Source of the DNA: an uncultured Bacteroidales bacterium
Lineage (GTDB): Bacteria; Bacteroidota; Bacteroidia; Bacteroidales; UBA932
Length of the DNA stretch: 64,000 bases
NCBI GenBank assembly: GCA_947168525.1
Contig: CAMVMG010000003.1
Span: forward strand, 93,823 to 157,822
Direction: 5' to 3'
This document shows positions 8,663 to 17,412 of this stretch, one piece after another; position 1 is the first letter of the stretch, and each line of letters opens with the position of its first letter. The notes under the pieces are model-generated. The model was not told the origin of the DNA. It saw only the letters and a list, made by a program, of their open reading frames with translations, and searched no databases. A program made the translations under genes and the position numbers.

Positions 8663-9322
8663 TTATTGCGTATCAATCTGTCTCCTGACGGCTTCCAGGA
8701 AGAATTCCCGGCGCTGGTCCCGGGTAACGGGATAACGGACAAGGCGGGAGCTGTCTTTGAGGCCGTCCTCCAGGTTGCAGACAAAGAGGTCGTCCACATC
8801 GGTCAGGTAGAGCATGTTATAGCGGTTGTCCTGGCACTTCTGCAGGGACAGGACGTACTGCATGGCCTTGACGGCGTCGGCCTCGTGAAGATTATCCCGG
8901 CAGAATACGTACAGCCCCATTTTGTTAAAGCGGCCATAGAAGCCATTCCCCACCTTGCACACCTTGCTTTCCAGGATCCGGCGAAGCGGCAACGCCATGG
9001 ACCAGTATGAAAGCTCTTTCACGCCGATATACTTTCCCTCCCGCAGACCATAGGCATAGCCGGATTCCAGGATCTGCTCCATCTCCTTCTGCGGAGCACC
9101 GCTCGTGAGGCCGGCAACATCTTTCAGCAGCATTTCCTCCGCTTTCTTGCTTTCTTCCATCGCCCGCGTCACCTCGATTCCGAGGCTCTGGTTGTCTGGC
9201 GATTGCAAGTCCGGCCGGTCCCGGTTTACAAGGCAGTCAAACTCGCTTCCCAGCAGCGCAGAGAGCGAGATTTGGGCATACTGCTCAAAGAAACAGGTGC
9301 CGTATTTTCGAAGTGTGGACAT
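8663..9322 (-). CDS. Hypothetical protein, possible PD-(D/E)XK-like nuclease fold
   Basis: 219-aa ORF with DRPDLQ…LGIEVT, a pattern typical of PD-(D/E)xK-related domains. Confidence 0.55.
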   Translation of the reverse strand: MSTLRKYGTCFFEQYAQISLSALLGSEFDCLVNRDRPDLQSPDNQSLGIEVTRAMEESKKAEEMLLKDVAGLTSGAPQKEMEQILESGYAYGLREGKYIGVKELSYWSMALPLRRILESKVCKVGNGFYGRFNKMGLYVFCRDNLHEADAVKAMQYVLSLQKCQDNRYNMLYLTDVDDLFVCNLEDGLKDSSRLVRYPVTRDQRREFFLEAVRRQIDTQ

Positions 9323-9515
9323 GGATTCTCATTTTTCGGTCATTCTTTCTTGCAAAGATGGGAATATTTTTTGGAATATCGCTGGCCCCGCCCCCGTTCA
9401 CAGCCCAAGCTGCGCCAAAAAGTGACGGAGTGGTCCAAAACAGAGTACCGGCACTTGATAATATAATTAGTTTTTACTAAACTTGTGCAAAAGAGCGAAA
9501 CCATGGGAGGGACCT

Positions 9516-10010
9516 ATGACAGACTTTGCAGCAATAGACTTTGAGACGGCCAATGAGTGCCGCTCCAGCGTGTGCAGCGTGGGCGTGGTGATTGTCCGCG
9601 GAGGGCAAATCGTTGACTCCTTCTACTCGCTCATCCACCCGGAGCCGGAGTACTACCAGTGGTTTTGTAAACGTGTTCACGGGCTGTCGGAAGAGGACAC
9701 CGAAGATGCCCCGGTGTTCCCGGAGGTCTGGGAAAAGATTGCCCCGATGGTGGAAGGCCTCCCGCTGGTGGCACACAACGCCCCTTTCGACGAAGGCTGC
9801 CTGAAGGAAGTGTTCAAGATGTATCGGATGGACTATCCGGATTATGAGTTCCACGACACCCTGGCGGCATCCCGCCGGATCTACGGGCACAGCCTCCCCA
9901 ATCACCAGCTCCAGACCGTGGCCGCCGCCTGCGGATACGACCTCTCGCGGCATCATCACGCCCTGGCCGACGCAGAGGCGTGTGCCGCCATCGCAGTAAG
10001 AATCCTGTAA
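9516..10010 (+). CDS. DEDDh 3'-5' exonuclease (DNA polymerase III epsilon-like)
   Basis: AIDFETAN, VAHNAPFD and HHALADAEAC motifs; start MTDF at 9516 after GGAGG. Confidence 0.93.
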   Translation: MTDFAAIDFETANECRSSVCSVGVVIVRGGQIVDSFYSLIHPEPEYYQWFCKRVHGLSEEDTEDAPVFPEVWEKIAPMVEGLPLVAHNAPFDEGCLKEVFKMYRMDYPDYEFHDTLAASRRIYGHSLPNHQLQTVAAACGYDLSRHHHALADAEACAAIAVRIL

Positions 10011-10032
10011 GTTAGCAATTAAAAACAAAACC

Positions 10033-10764
10033 ATGAAAAAAAGCATTCTATACCTCGCGAGCCTCCTTCTGGCAGCCCTTTCCTGCACCGGTCCCCGGGA
10101 AAATCCGGCCGACGAACCCTTTACGGACGCCGTCAGCACCGCCCTCGCCAACGGCGGACGCATCGATCCCGCCCTGTTCCAGTGGACACGGGAGCCGCAA
10201 TCCTGCAGCATTTCTCAGGACACCATCCGCATCACCACGGCGCCTCAGACCGACCTCTGGCAGCGGACCTACTACCATTTCCGGAACGACAACGCCCCGG
10301 TCTTCCAGGTCCGGACCCGGGAACGGTATTTCAGCTTTGTGGTAAAAACGGATTTCACCCAGAGCCACCAGCGCTTCGACCAATGCGGCATCGTCATGTA
10401 CCTGGACAGCGAAAACTGGCTGAAAGGCTCCGTGGAGTTCGAGAACGCAGCTTTCCAGCATTTGGGCAGTGTAGCCACCAACCACGGCTACTCGGACTGG
10501 GCAACCACTGCCATCAGCGCCGACGTCAAGACCATGTGGTACCGCTTCTCCCGCCGCGCAGACGACTACTGCATCGAGTGTTCGTCCAACGGCATCGATT
10601 TCTCCCAGATGCGCATCTGCCATATGTACGAGGGAGCCGACACCATCTCCTTCGGCATCTACGCCTGCTCTCCGGAGGCATCGTCCTTCACGGCCGTATT
10701 CACGGACATGCGCATCACCGAGTGCATGTGGAAGGCCCATGACGGGCAGCAGCCGGACGAGTAG
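10033..10764 (+). CDS. DUF1349-family lipoprotein (concanavalin-like fold)
   Basis: Lipobox ALSC; TDLWQRTYYHFRNDNAP, FDQCGIV, WLKGSVE and GIYACSPE motifs. Confidence 0.85.
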   Translation: MKKSILYLASLLLAALSCTGPRENPADEPFTDAVSTALANGGRIDPALFQWTREPQSCSISQDTIRITTAPQTDLWQRTYYHFRNDNAPVFQVRTRERYFSFVVKTDFTQSHQRFDQCGIVMYLDSENWLKGSVEFENAAFQHLGSVATNHGYSDWATTAISADVKTMWYRFSRRADDYCIECSSNGIDFSQMRICHMYEGADTISFGIYACSPEASSFTAVFTDMRITECMWKAHDGQQPDE

Positions 10765-10787
10765 CCTTTCCTGCAAAGACATAAAAA

Positions 10788-10820
10788 ATACATCCGTCCG
10801 GCGACCCCGGACGGATGTAT
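10788..10820. terminator. Bidirectional terminator
   Basis: ATACATCCGTCCGG-CGACC-CCGGACGGATGTAT between convergent genes. Confidence 0.85.
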
Positions 10821-10841
10821 TCTATTACGACAGAGCGTTTT

Positions 10842-11249
10842 TTAGTAAGTGACAACGGGCTCGAGCTCCTTGGCAAGGTCGATGTACTTCTGGATTTCCT
10901 TTTCTACGGGAGTACGCTTGCAAAGATGTTTCTGCTCGTTTACCTCCAGCATCTTGGCGGCCAGGTTGGCGGCGTTGCGGTTGCGCAACTCTTTGACGGT
11001 ATCTACGCCGGCAGCCTCCAGCAACTCGGAGAACTGGGGGCCGACACCCTTGATGCGGAACAGGTCTGCATGGTTGACCCAGGTGAGGATGAGATCTCCG
11101 CGAATACCGGTTTTCTCTTCCAGCGCCTTGCGGCCCTTGGGGGAAGCGCCCTCTGCAAGAAGCTGGTCTACCGTTTCGATGCCCACGCCGATGAGTTTCT
11201 CTGCGTACACGGGACCGATGCCCTGAATGTCGATAATTTTGTAAGTCAT
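10842..11249 (-). CDS. DUF4332-domain protein (helix-hairpin-helix-like)
   Basis: IIDIQGIGPVYAEKL and WVNHADLFRIKGVGPQFSELLEAAGVDTVKELRNRNAANL. Confidence 0.9.
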   Translation of the reverse strand: MTYKIIDIQGIGPVYAEKLIGVGIETVDQLLAEGASPKGRKALEEKTGIRGDLILTWVNHADLFRIKGVGPQFSELLEAAGVDTVKELRNRNAANLAAKMLEVNEQKHLCKRTPVEKEIQKYIDLAKELEPVVTY

Positions 11250-11354
11250 ATACAATTGATATTAAAGGTTATGTGCAAAACGACCTTCCAAATATAAAAA
11301 AAATTAAGGTAAAAAGGAAATTTTTTCATATATTTGCAGTGAAACCTAAAAAAG

Positions 11355-11816
11355 ATGGAGCTTTATCCCTTGGACAGCGAAAAGATTTACTATTCCTCGG
11401 ACTACCTTACCCTGGAGTGCGAGGATGGTCCTGTCAGTCTGAGAATCGGGGAATGGCTCCAGAAAGATCCTGTCCGCATCCACAAGATGGTGGTGAAGGA
11501 TAAAATGCTGAAAGTAGACCAGCTGGAAGTATTCGCTCCGCTTGTATCCAAACTCAGAAGGGCCGATTACGAGTATTATCGCAGGATCACGGGACTCAAG
11601 ATGGTTATCGATTTTCCCGGTTTCACTTCTGAGGTAGAGGCCAAGATTCCCTACGACACAGATCCCATCGCCTTCTACAAGTGGTGGCGCAAAGGCAAGA
11701 ACGAGCACCGCGTATACCTCTCCCCCGCCTACCAGTTCAAACTGTTCCAGAAAGTATCGGCCATGGAACCCAAAGTCATGCTCAAGAAAGACATCGACTT
11801 TGTTAAAAATTTCTGA
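11355..11816 (+). CDS. Hypothetical protein
   Basis: 153-aa ORF with host-like codon use; TATATTTG box upstream; 2 nt from the next gene. Confidence 0.7.
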   Translation: MELYPLDSEKIYYSSDYLTLECEDGPVSLRIGEWLQKDPVRIHKMVVKDKMLKVDQLEVFAPLVSKLRRADYEYYRRITGLKMVIDFPGFTSEVEAKIPYDTDPIAFYKWWRKGKNEHRVYLSPAYQFKLFQKVSAMEPKVMLKKDIDFVKNF

Positions 11817-11818
11817 TT

Positions 11819-12439
11819 ATGACCCTGGAAGAAATCCTCAGCGTCCCCACAGCTCCTTCGGCAGAAGAACTTGAACGGGACGTTTGGGACGACGACAATT
11901 GCCTCAACTATTCCGCCGACGGGAAGCGCCTGTTGGATGCAGAGAATTTTCCTTCGGAAATAAAGGTCAAAGAAGGTTGCGAGATTATCTGCGACCAGGT
12001 TTTCGCCTTCCAGGACTATATGGCCGAGCGCAAGATCGGCGAGGATATTCCCCTGGAGGAACGTTCTTCCTTCCTGGAAAAGATCAAACTTCCCAATTCC
12101 GTCACCCATATCGGCGCGGGCGCCTTTGCCGAATGCGGGGAACTGGTCTCCATTAAACTGCCCACCGGTCTGTTGAGCATCGGCGACAGCGCGTTCGTAG
12201 ACTGCTGGCAGCTGGAAAAGATTTCCCTCCCTGCCGGAACCCGCGTGATCGGCCCCTGTGCTTTCCAGGGCTGCATCAACCTGTACCAGGCGCGACTGAA
12301 CAAGGCCCTCGAGGCCATCGGAGAAGACGCCTTCGACGACTGCGAGTCGCTGGAGACCATCCTGGTGCCCCATGGCATGGGCGCGCATTTCCGGAAACTC
12401 CTTCCCAAGTTCCTGCACAAATGCATTGAAGAATTATGA
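11819..12439 (+). CDS. BspA-type leucine-rich repeat protein (LRR_5)
   Basis: Repeats of the form LPNSVTHIGAGAFAEC / LPTGLLSIGDSAFVDC / LPAGTRVIGPCAFQGC. Confidence 0.9.
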   Translation: MTLEEILSVPTAPSAEELERDVWDDDNCLNYSADGKRLLDAENFPSEIKVKEGCEIICDQVFAFQDYMAERKIGEDIPLEERSSFLEKIKLPNSVTHIGAGAFAECGELVSIKLPTGLLSIGDSAFVDCWQLEKISLPAGTRVIGPCAFQGCINLYQARLNKALEAIGEDAFDDCESLETILVPHGMGAHFRKLLPKFLHKCIEEL

Positions 12440-13428
12440 GCGGCCAAATATTTACCGTGGGCAAGGACAGCCCGCTGCTCTCCTATCTTTTCGAGCTTTA
12501 TCCTGAACGGTCCCGTACCGGCGTGAAAAACCTGCTGTCCAAAGGGCAGGTGCTGGTGAACGGAAAAACCTGCACGGCCTTTGACCAGCCCCTGTTCCGG
12601 GGAGATTCTCTGGAGGTGCTCGCAAAAGGCGTTTCCATCGCCCGGGCCACCCGCTCCGACGCCTTGGAAGAAGTCTTGAAAGCCGGCGTGAAAATCGTTT
12701 TCGAAGACGAGCACTACCTGGTGGTGGACAAGCCCTCCGGCATGCTCTCCATTTCCACCGCACGGGGCAGCGCCGCCAAATCCGGCCACCGGGAACAGAC
12801 GCTGTATGCCCTCCTGAACCAATATGTAAAAGTGAGCGCCCGCATGCAGCGCAAGGAAGACCTCCTGGAAGGCAGGGAACCGGACCGCTCCACGGCCAAG
12901 ATATGGATTGTGCACCGGATTGACAAAGGCACTTCCGGCCTTCTGGTCTTCGCCAAGAACGAGCGCGCCAAGGACATCCTTCAGAGCAAATGGAAAGACC
13001 TGGTAGTGGAGCGCAAATACGTTGCTTTTCTGGAAGGAGAGCTAGAGAAGCCCCAGGGAGCCATCCAAAGCTGGCTGGTAGAGAATCCTAAATCACTGAA
13101 AATGAATTCTTTCCAGAACGAGGTAAAAGACGGACAGCTGGCCATCACCCATTATCGGCAGCTGGGCCTGTTCCACAGGGGGCGCAACCTGTACAGCCAG
13201 GTGGAGTTCTCCCTGGAGACCGGCCGGAAAAACCAGCTCCGCGTCCATGCAGCCGATATCGGCCATCCCATTGCCGGAGACGAAAAGTACGGAGCGCAGA
13301 CAGACCCTGTCCGCCGGCTCGCCCTGCACGCCGCCACGCTGGTCTTCCGCCACCCCTACACCGGCAAAATCGTCAGAACCCATTCCCCGCTCCCCGAAGT
13401 TTTCAAACGTTTCGAACCATGGACTTAG
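12436..13428 (+). CDS. RluA-family pseudouridine synthase
   Basis: S4-like N-terminus; VVDKPSG, VHRIDKGTSG and TGRKNQLRVH motifs. Confidence 0.93.
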   Translation: MSGQIFTVGKDSPLLSYLFELYPERSRTGVKNLLSKGQVLVNGKTCTAFDQPLFRGDSLEVLAKGVSIARATRSDALEEVLKAGVKIVFEDEHYLVVDKPSGMLSISTARGSAAKSGHREQTLYALLNQYVKVSARMQRKEDLLEGREPDRSTAKIWIVHRIDKGTSGLLVFAKNERAKDILQSKWKDLVVERKYVAFLEGELEKPQGAIQSWLVENPKSLKMNSFQNEVKDGQLAITHYRQLGLFHRGRNLYSQVEFSLETGRKNQLRVHAADIGHPIAGDEKYGAQTDPVRRLALHAATLVFRHPYTGKIVRTHSPLPEVFKRFEPWT

Positions 13429-14327
13429 TCAGCATCCCTACCCCGGACATCCAGCTCGCTTCCGCCGTCATCGCGCCGGAGTCTCCCAAGGCCGCCGTTG
13501 TACTTATCCACGGCATGGCCGAGCACAAAGAGCGTTACTTCCCCTTCATGACCTGGCTCTCGGAAAAAGGCTATGCCTGCGTGATCCCTGACCTGCGTGG
13601 CCACGGAGCCACCGCCGCCTCCGAGGCCGACCTGGGTTATTTCGGGAAAAAAGGCCGGGCCAAACTGGTCGAAGACGTGCTCAGCGTGGTCCAGTGGACC
13701 CGCAACCGCTATCCCGGGCTCAAACTGTTCCTTTTCGGGCACAGTATGGGCTCGCTGATCGTGCGGTGCTTCACCCGGGAATACGATGCCCAGATAGACG
13801 GCCTGGTGGTCTGCGGCAGCCCTTCCCCCCGGAACGGCGCTGCCGGCATGGGGATCTTCCTCACCCGGATCATCGGCCTTTTCAAGGGAGAGCGCTACCG
13901 CTCCCCCATGCTGGAGAACCTTTCTACCGGGGCCTATGGGAAGAGATTCAAGGGTGAGGCCCTCACCAATTCCTGGCTCTCGGTGAACAAGGCCAACGTA
14001 CAGGCCTATAACAACGACCCACTCTGCGGATTTCGCTTCACCGTTAACGGCTACCGGGCCCTGCTACAGTTGCTCCGGGACACCTACGAAGAGAAAGGCT
14101 GGGCCGTTGCCGCCCCCAAGCTTCCCGTCCATTTCATCTGCGGGTCGGAAGACCCTTGCATCGGCTCGCTCAAACAGTTTGCCAAGGCGGTCTCCTTCCT
14201 GCGCGACCGCGGATACGCCCAGGTTACCAGCAAGGTCTATCCCAAGATGCGCCACGAGATTCTGAACGAGCTGGGAAAGGAAGATGTCTGGCGTGACATC
14301 GAACAGATTCTGGGCAGCTGGACATGA
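13419..14327 (+). CDS. Alpha/beta hydrolase (lysophospholipase-like)
   Basis: HGMAEH, DLRGHG, GHSMGS nucleophile elbow and RHEILNE. Confidence 0.92.
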   Translation: MDLVSIPTPDIQLASAVIAPESPKAAVVLIHGMAEHKERYFPFMTWLSEKGYACVIPDLRGHGATAASEADLGYFGKKGRAKLVEDVLSVVQWTRNRYPGLKLFLFGHSMGSLIVRCFTREYDAQIDGLVVCGSPSPRNGAAGMGIFLTRIIGLFKGERYRSPMLENLSTGAYGKRFKGEALTNSWLSVNKANVQAYNNDPLCGFRFTVNGYRALLQLLRDTYEEKGWAVAAPKLPVHFICGSEDPCIGSLKQFAKAVSFLRDRGYAQVTSKVYPKMRHEILNELGKEDVWRDIEQILGSWT

Positions 14328-15052
14328 ACATTTTCGCGCGCACAGAGCGGCTGGTAGGCACGCAGGGGCTGCAGAAGCTCGCGGCCGCCCGGGTTATCCT
14401 GTTCGGCACGGGCGGGGTGGGCAGCTGGTGCGCGGAGGCGCTGGTGCGAAGCGGCATCTCCCACCTCACCCTGGTAGATTCCGACTGCGTGGACGAGACC
14501 AACATCAACCGTCAGCTGATGGCTACCACCCGGACTGTCGGCAAAGTAAAGGTAGAGGTGCTCCGGGACAGATTGCTGGAAATCAATCCGGAAGCCGATA
14601 TTACCGCCCTGCAGCGCCGCTATACCCTCGGGGCCGGTTTCCAACTGGACGGATACGACTATATCATCGACGCCATCGATTCGCTTACAGACAAAGCCAA
14701 CCTGCTGCTGGAGGCATCCCACTGTCCGGGGGCAGTCTATTCTTCCATGGGTGCAGCCTGCAAGAAAGATCCCACGCAAGTGCGCGTAGCCGAATTCTTT
14801 GAAGTCCGGGGCTGCCCGCTGGGGGCCGCACTGCGAAAGCGGATGCGCAAGAATGGAACCCTGCCGGCCAAACCTATCCTCTGCGTGTACGACGCCGAAG
14901 TACTTCCTAACCTGGGCCCTGGTCAGGAACCCGTGCCCGGGAAGGCCGTCATCAACGGCACCCTGGCACATATCACCGGTATTTTCGGGTTTACGCTGGC
15001 CGGCCTGGTTATCCAAGACATTCTGGACAAATCCCCTTTAGCAGATAACTGA
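14324..15052 (+). CDS. tcdA: ThiF-family tRNA threonylcarbamoyladenosine dehydratase (TcdA-like)
   Basis: GTGGVGSW, DSDCVDETNINRQ, YIIDAID and SSMGAA motifs. Confidence 0.85.
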   Translation: MNIFARTERLVGTQGLQKLAAARVILFGTGGVGSWCAEALVRSGISHLTLVDSDCVDETNINRQLMATTRTVGKVKVEVLRDRLLEINPEADITALQRRYTLGAGFQLDGYDYIIDAIDSLTDKANLLLEASHCPGAVYSSMGAACKKDPTQVRVAEFFEVRGCPLGAALRKRMRKNGTLPAKPILCVYDAEVLPNLGPGQEPVPGKAVINGTLAHITGIFGFTLAGLVIQDILDKSPLADN

Positions 15053-15410
15053 CCGACTCTGCCTGGAAGCCCTCGGGAACCGGAACCGCCGGCACAGGCG
15101 TATCTTCCAGACAATAGGTCTTGTGGCAGCACGTACAGTAGAAATGTACGTGCACATCGTCGTCGTGGTCCCGGGCATGGGAGTGGCAAAGTTCGTAGCG
15201 AACGCCGTCCCCGCTGTCTTCCAGCACATGCACCAGATGGGCCTCCCGGAAGGCGGAGAGCGCCCGGGAGATATTGCTTTTGTCGATGGTTTCCAGGATG
15301 GCTTCCAGTTCCATCAGCGACAGCGGCCTGCCGGCCTGCTCCAGCGCCTTCACAATGAGGATGCGGTTGGCCGTAGGCTTGATTCCGTGATGTTCCAGCA
15401 AATGTTCCAT
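15009..15410 (-). CDS. Fur-family metalloregulator
   Basis: GIKPTANRILI, HVHFYCTCC and C-terminal GICPEC. Confidence 0.92.
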   Translation of the reverse strand: MEHLLEHHGIKPTANRILIVKALEQAGRPLSLMELEAILETIDKSNISRALSAFREAHLVHVLEDSGDGVRYELCHSHARDHDDDVHVHFYCTCCHKTYCLEDTPVPAVPVPEGFQAESVSYLLKGICPECLG

Positions 15411-15458
15411 GGTGCAAAGATATCAAAGGACACAACCCCTGTCAATCCCAATATATAG

Positions 15459-16652
15459 CTACAGCAATTCTTCCAGCAGGGCCTTGCAATGACCGGGGAC
15501 GATGATATGATGGTTACCGATAGGGTCCGTAAGGAAATAGCGGGCGTCTGCAGGGCTTAGCTGGAGCATCACTTGCGTCCGGCAGAGATGATCCTCGTAC
15601 TGGTTGTAGAGCAGTTCTCCCTCCGCGGCGAAATAACGGTCCAGCCCGCCGGAAACCTTGAAAACGGTGACAGGCCCCTCCGGTAGCTCGCCGTGGATGC
15701 CTACGCCGATTCCGGACTCAAAATGCGTGTCGTACCGCCAGGAAGTGACCATGTTGAACGGAACGGTGCAGTGGGCGAAGAGCAGTTCCCCGCTTTCCGG
15801 GTCTATCCTGGCAGGATTGGCCTGGAAACCGGTAAAACCGGTGAGCGCCTGCGCGATAATCATGGACAGCAGGGCCGGGACATCACCCTCACAGGCTGCC
15901 GGAATGCCGTCGGCATTGAAAGAGGCCAGAGCCAGGCAGCCGGTATTGCCCACGGAGGTGAGGAGGTCGAAGCAACGAAGCGTGAAAGCGCAGAGTTGAT
16001 AACGCGCAATCAGGGCCTCCAGGGCATGATAAATACGGGTGGCACCCGGATAAGCCTTCCGCACCTTGTCTTCCATAGGCTCTTCCCGGGGCGCCTCGTC
16101 GGAAGGTGCTTTGGAAATCTCCTGAAGCAGTTCTTCCATCGGCACTTCCACCAGCCGGGCGCCCAGCTTGTCCATGATAGCCGTGGACTTGGCCTGGCTG
16201 GCGATGAGCCAGTCTGACGGCTCTCCGATGACACCAATCCGCGCTCCCCGGAGCATCTTCCGCGCCCGGGCCGCCCTTTCCAGCAGCTGAACCCGCCTCT
16301 GGAGATAGGCTTCGTTTCCGTGGAGCACTTCCCCCTTAAGCCCCTGCAGCTTCAGGTACGACAGAATCTCCAGCGAGGCCGCCAGGGAGTTGCTCTGTCC
16401 GGATGTGAGCAAGTAGTAACGCTCCGTGCCCCGGGAGAGCATCTCCGGCAGAAGGGACTTGAAAATGCCTTCCACTCCCCCGGTGCGCACATAGATCAGG
16501 TCCAGGTCATGGGTGCCGAAATCGGAGAAATCGGCGCCGCAGAAATCAAAGTCGCCTCCGGGAAATACGCTTCGCAGGAACGTGTCGCTCAGGCTGGCCA
16601 CACGGGCCTCGTCGTGCAGGCCGGAAGTAAGGGTATAGACTGCTGTGAACAT
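15459..16652 (-). CDS. L-fucose/L-arabinose isomerase-like protein
   Basis: TLRCFDLL…GCLALASFN…AACEGD…FQANP…AHCT…HFESG…CRTQ pattern of the FucI-related family. Confidence 0.75.
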   Translation of the reverse strand: MFTAVYTLTSGLHDEARVASLSDTFLRSVFPGGDFDFCGADFSDFGTHDLDLIYVRTGGVEGIFKSLLPEMLSRGTERYYLLTSGQSNSLAASLEILSYLKLQGLKGEVLHGNEAYLQRRVQLLERAARARKMLRGARIGVIGEPSDWLIASQAKSTAIMDKLGARLVEVPMEELLQEISKAPSDEAPREEPMEDKVRKAYPGATRIYHALEALIARYQLCAFTLRCFDLLTSVGNTGCLALASFNADGIPAACEGDVPALLSMIIAQALTGFTGFQANPARIDPESGELLFAHCTVPFNMVTSWRYDTHFESGIGVGIHGELPEGPVTVFKVSGGLDRYFAAEGELLYNQYEDHLCRTQVMLQLSPADARYFLTDPIGNHHIIVPGHCKALLEELL

Positions 16653-16661
16653 ACAAAAAAA

Positions 16662-16758
16662 GGGAAAGCTGATTACATCGCACCGCTACAACCTCCTACC
16701 CTTGCTACATTCCTGTCCTGGGGGAATTCAGAGGGAGCTGGTCGTGTAAGACTTTCCC
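16662..16758 (-). ncRNA. ffs: Signal recognition particle RNA (small SRP/4.5S)
   Basis: Minus strand GGGAAAG…CTCTGAATTCCCCCAGGACA-GGAA-TGTAGCAAGGG…CTTTCCC: long closing stem, SRP domain IV CAGG..GGAA..AGCA; TACCTTTG promoter just upstream and T-run downstream. Confidence 0.85.
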
Positions 16759-16796
16759 GCTGCAAAGGTAGGCATTTTTAGCAAACAAGCAAACAG

Positions 16797-17276
16797 TTAA
16801 GCTTTCAAACTGTCAAAAATCAGAGGAAGCAAGTCGTCTACGCGGAAGAATTTCCGGATTTTCTTGCTGCCGACAAGGATAATCCTGAAAGGCTTTCCCT
16901 GTTTTTTCTGATACTCTGCCATTACCTGGCGGCAGCTGCCGCACGGGGAAGCCGGGCTTTCGCAGACCACCCAATGGTCCGCCCCCACGATGGCCAGGGT
17001 GTCAAAGGGAGTATCCGGATAATTGGCCCCGGCGGCGAACATGGCTGTTCGCTCTGCACAGAGGCCGGCGGGATAGGCCACGTTCTCCTGGTTGGCGCCC
17101 TTGACGATCGTGCCGTCTTCCAGCCGCAGGGCCGCCCCCACCTGGAATTTGGAGTAAGGGGAATAGGAGCCTTTCATGGCCTCCATGGCCGCCGCTACCA
17201 ACTCTCTATCCTGGGGAATCATCTCCTCTGCCGAGGAGTACTCTTCATAGTCGATGTGTATCGTCCGATTAATCAT
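16797..17276 (-). CDS. cdd: Cytidine deaminase
   Basis: SYSPYSKFQVGAA, CAERTA and PCGSCRQ motifs. Confidence 0.95.
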   Translation of the reverse strand: MINRTIHIDYEEYSSAEEMIPQDRELVAAAMEAMKGSYSPYSKFQVGAALRLEDGTIVKGANQENVAYPAGLCAERTAMFAAGANYPDTPFDTLAIVGADHWVVCESPASPCGSCRQVMAEYQKKQGKPFRIILVGSKKIRKFFRVDDLLPLIFDSLKA

Positions 17277-17412
17277 GTGGTGACATTTTTAGTCCTTAAC
17301 ACGCATTAAGGTTTTACAAGATAGGCATTTTTTTTCAAACAAGCTCCATTTCCAGCCTTTTTTGAAGGTATAGCCGAGAATTCCGGGGAATTTGTGTATT
17401 TTTGCAGGACGA

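Noticed and set aside
9385-9480. CGTTCAC...AAAAAGTGACG resembling a degenerate family B unit, plus TTAGT/ACTAA near the exonuclease promoter
   Set aside because: The loop length and stem are wrong and there is no periodicity; it is too weak to call.
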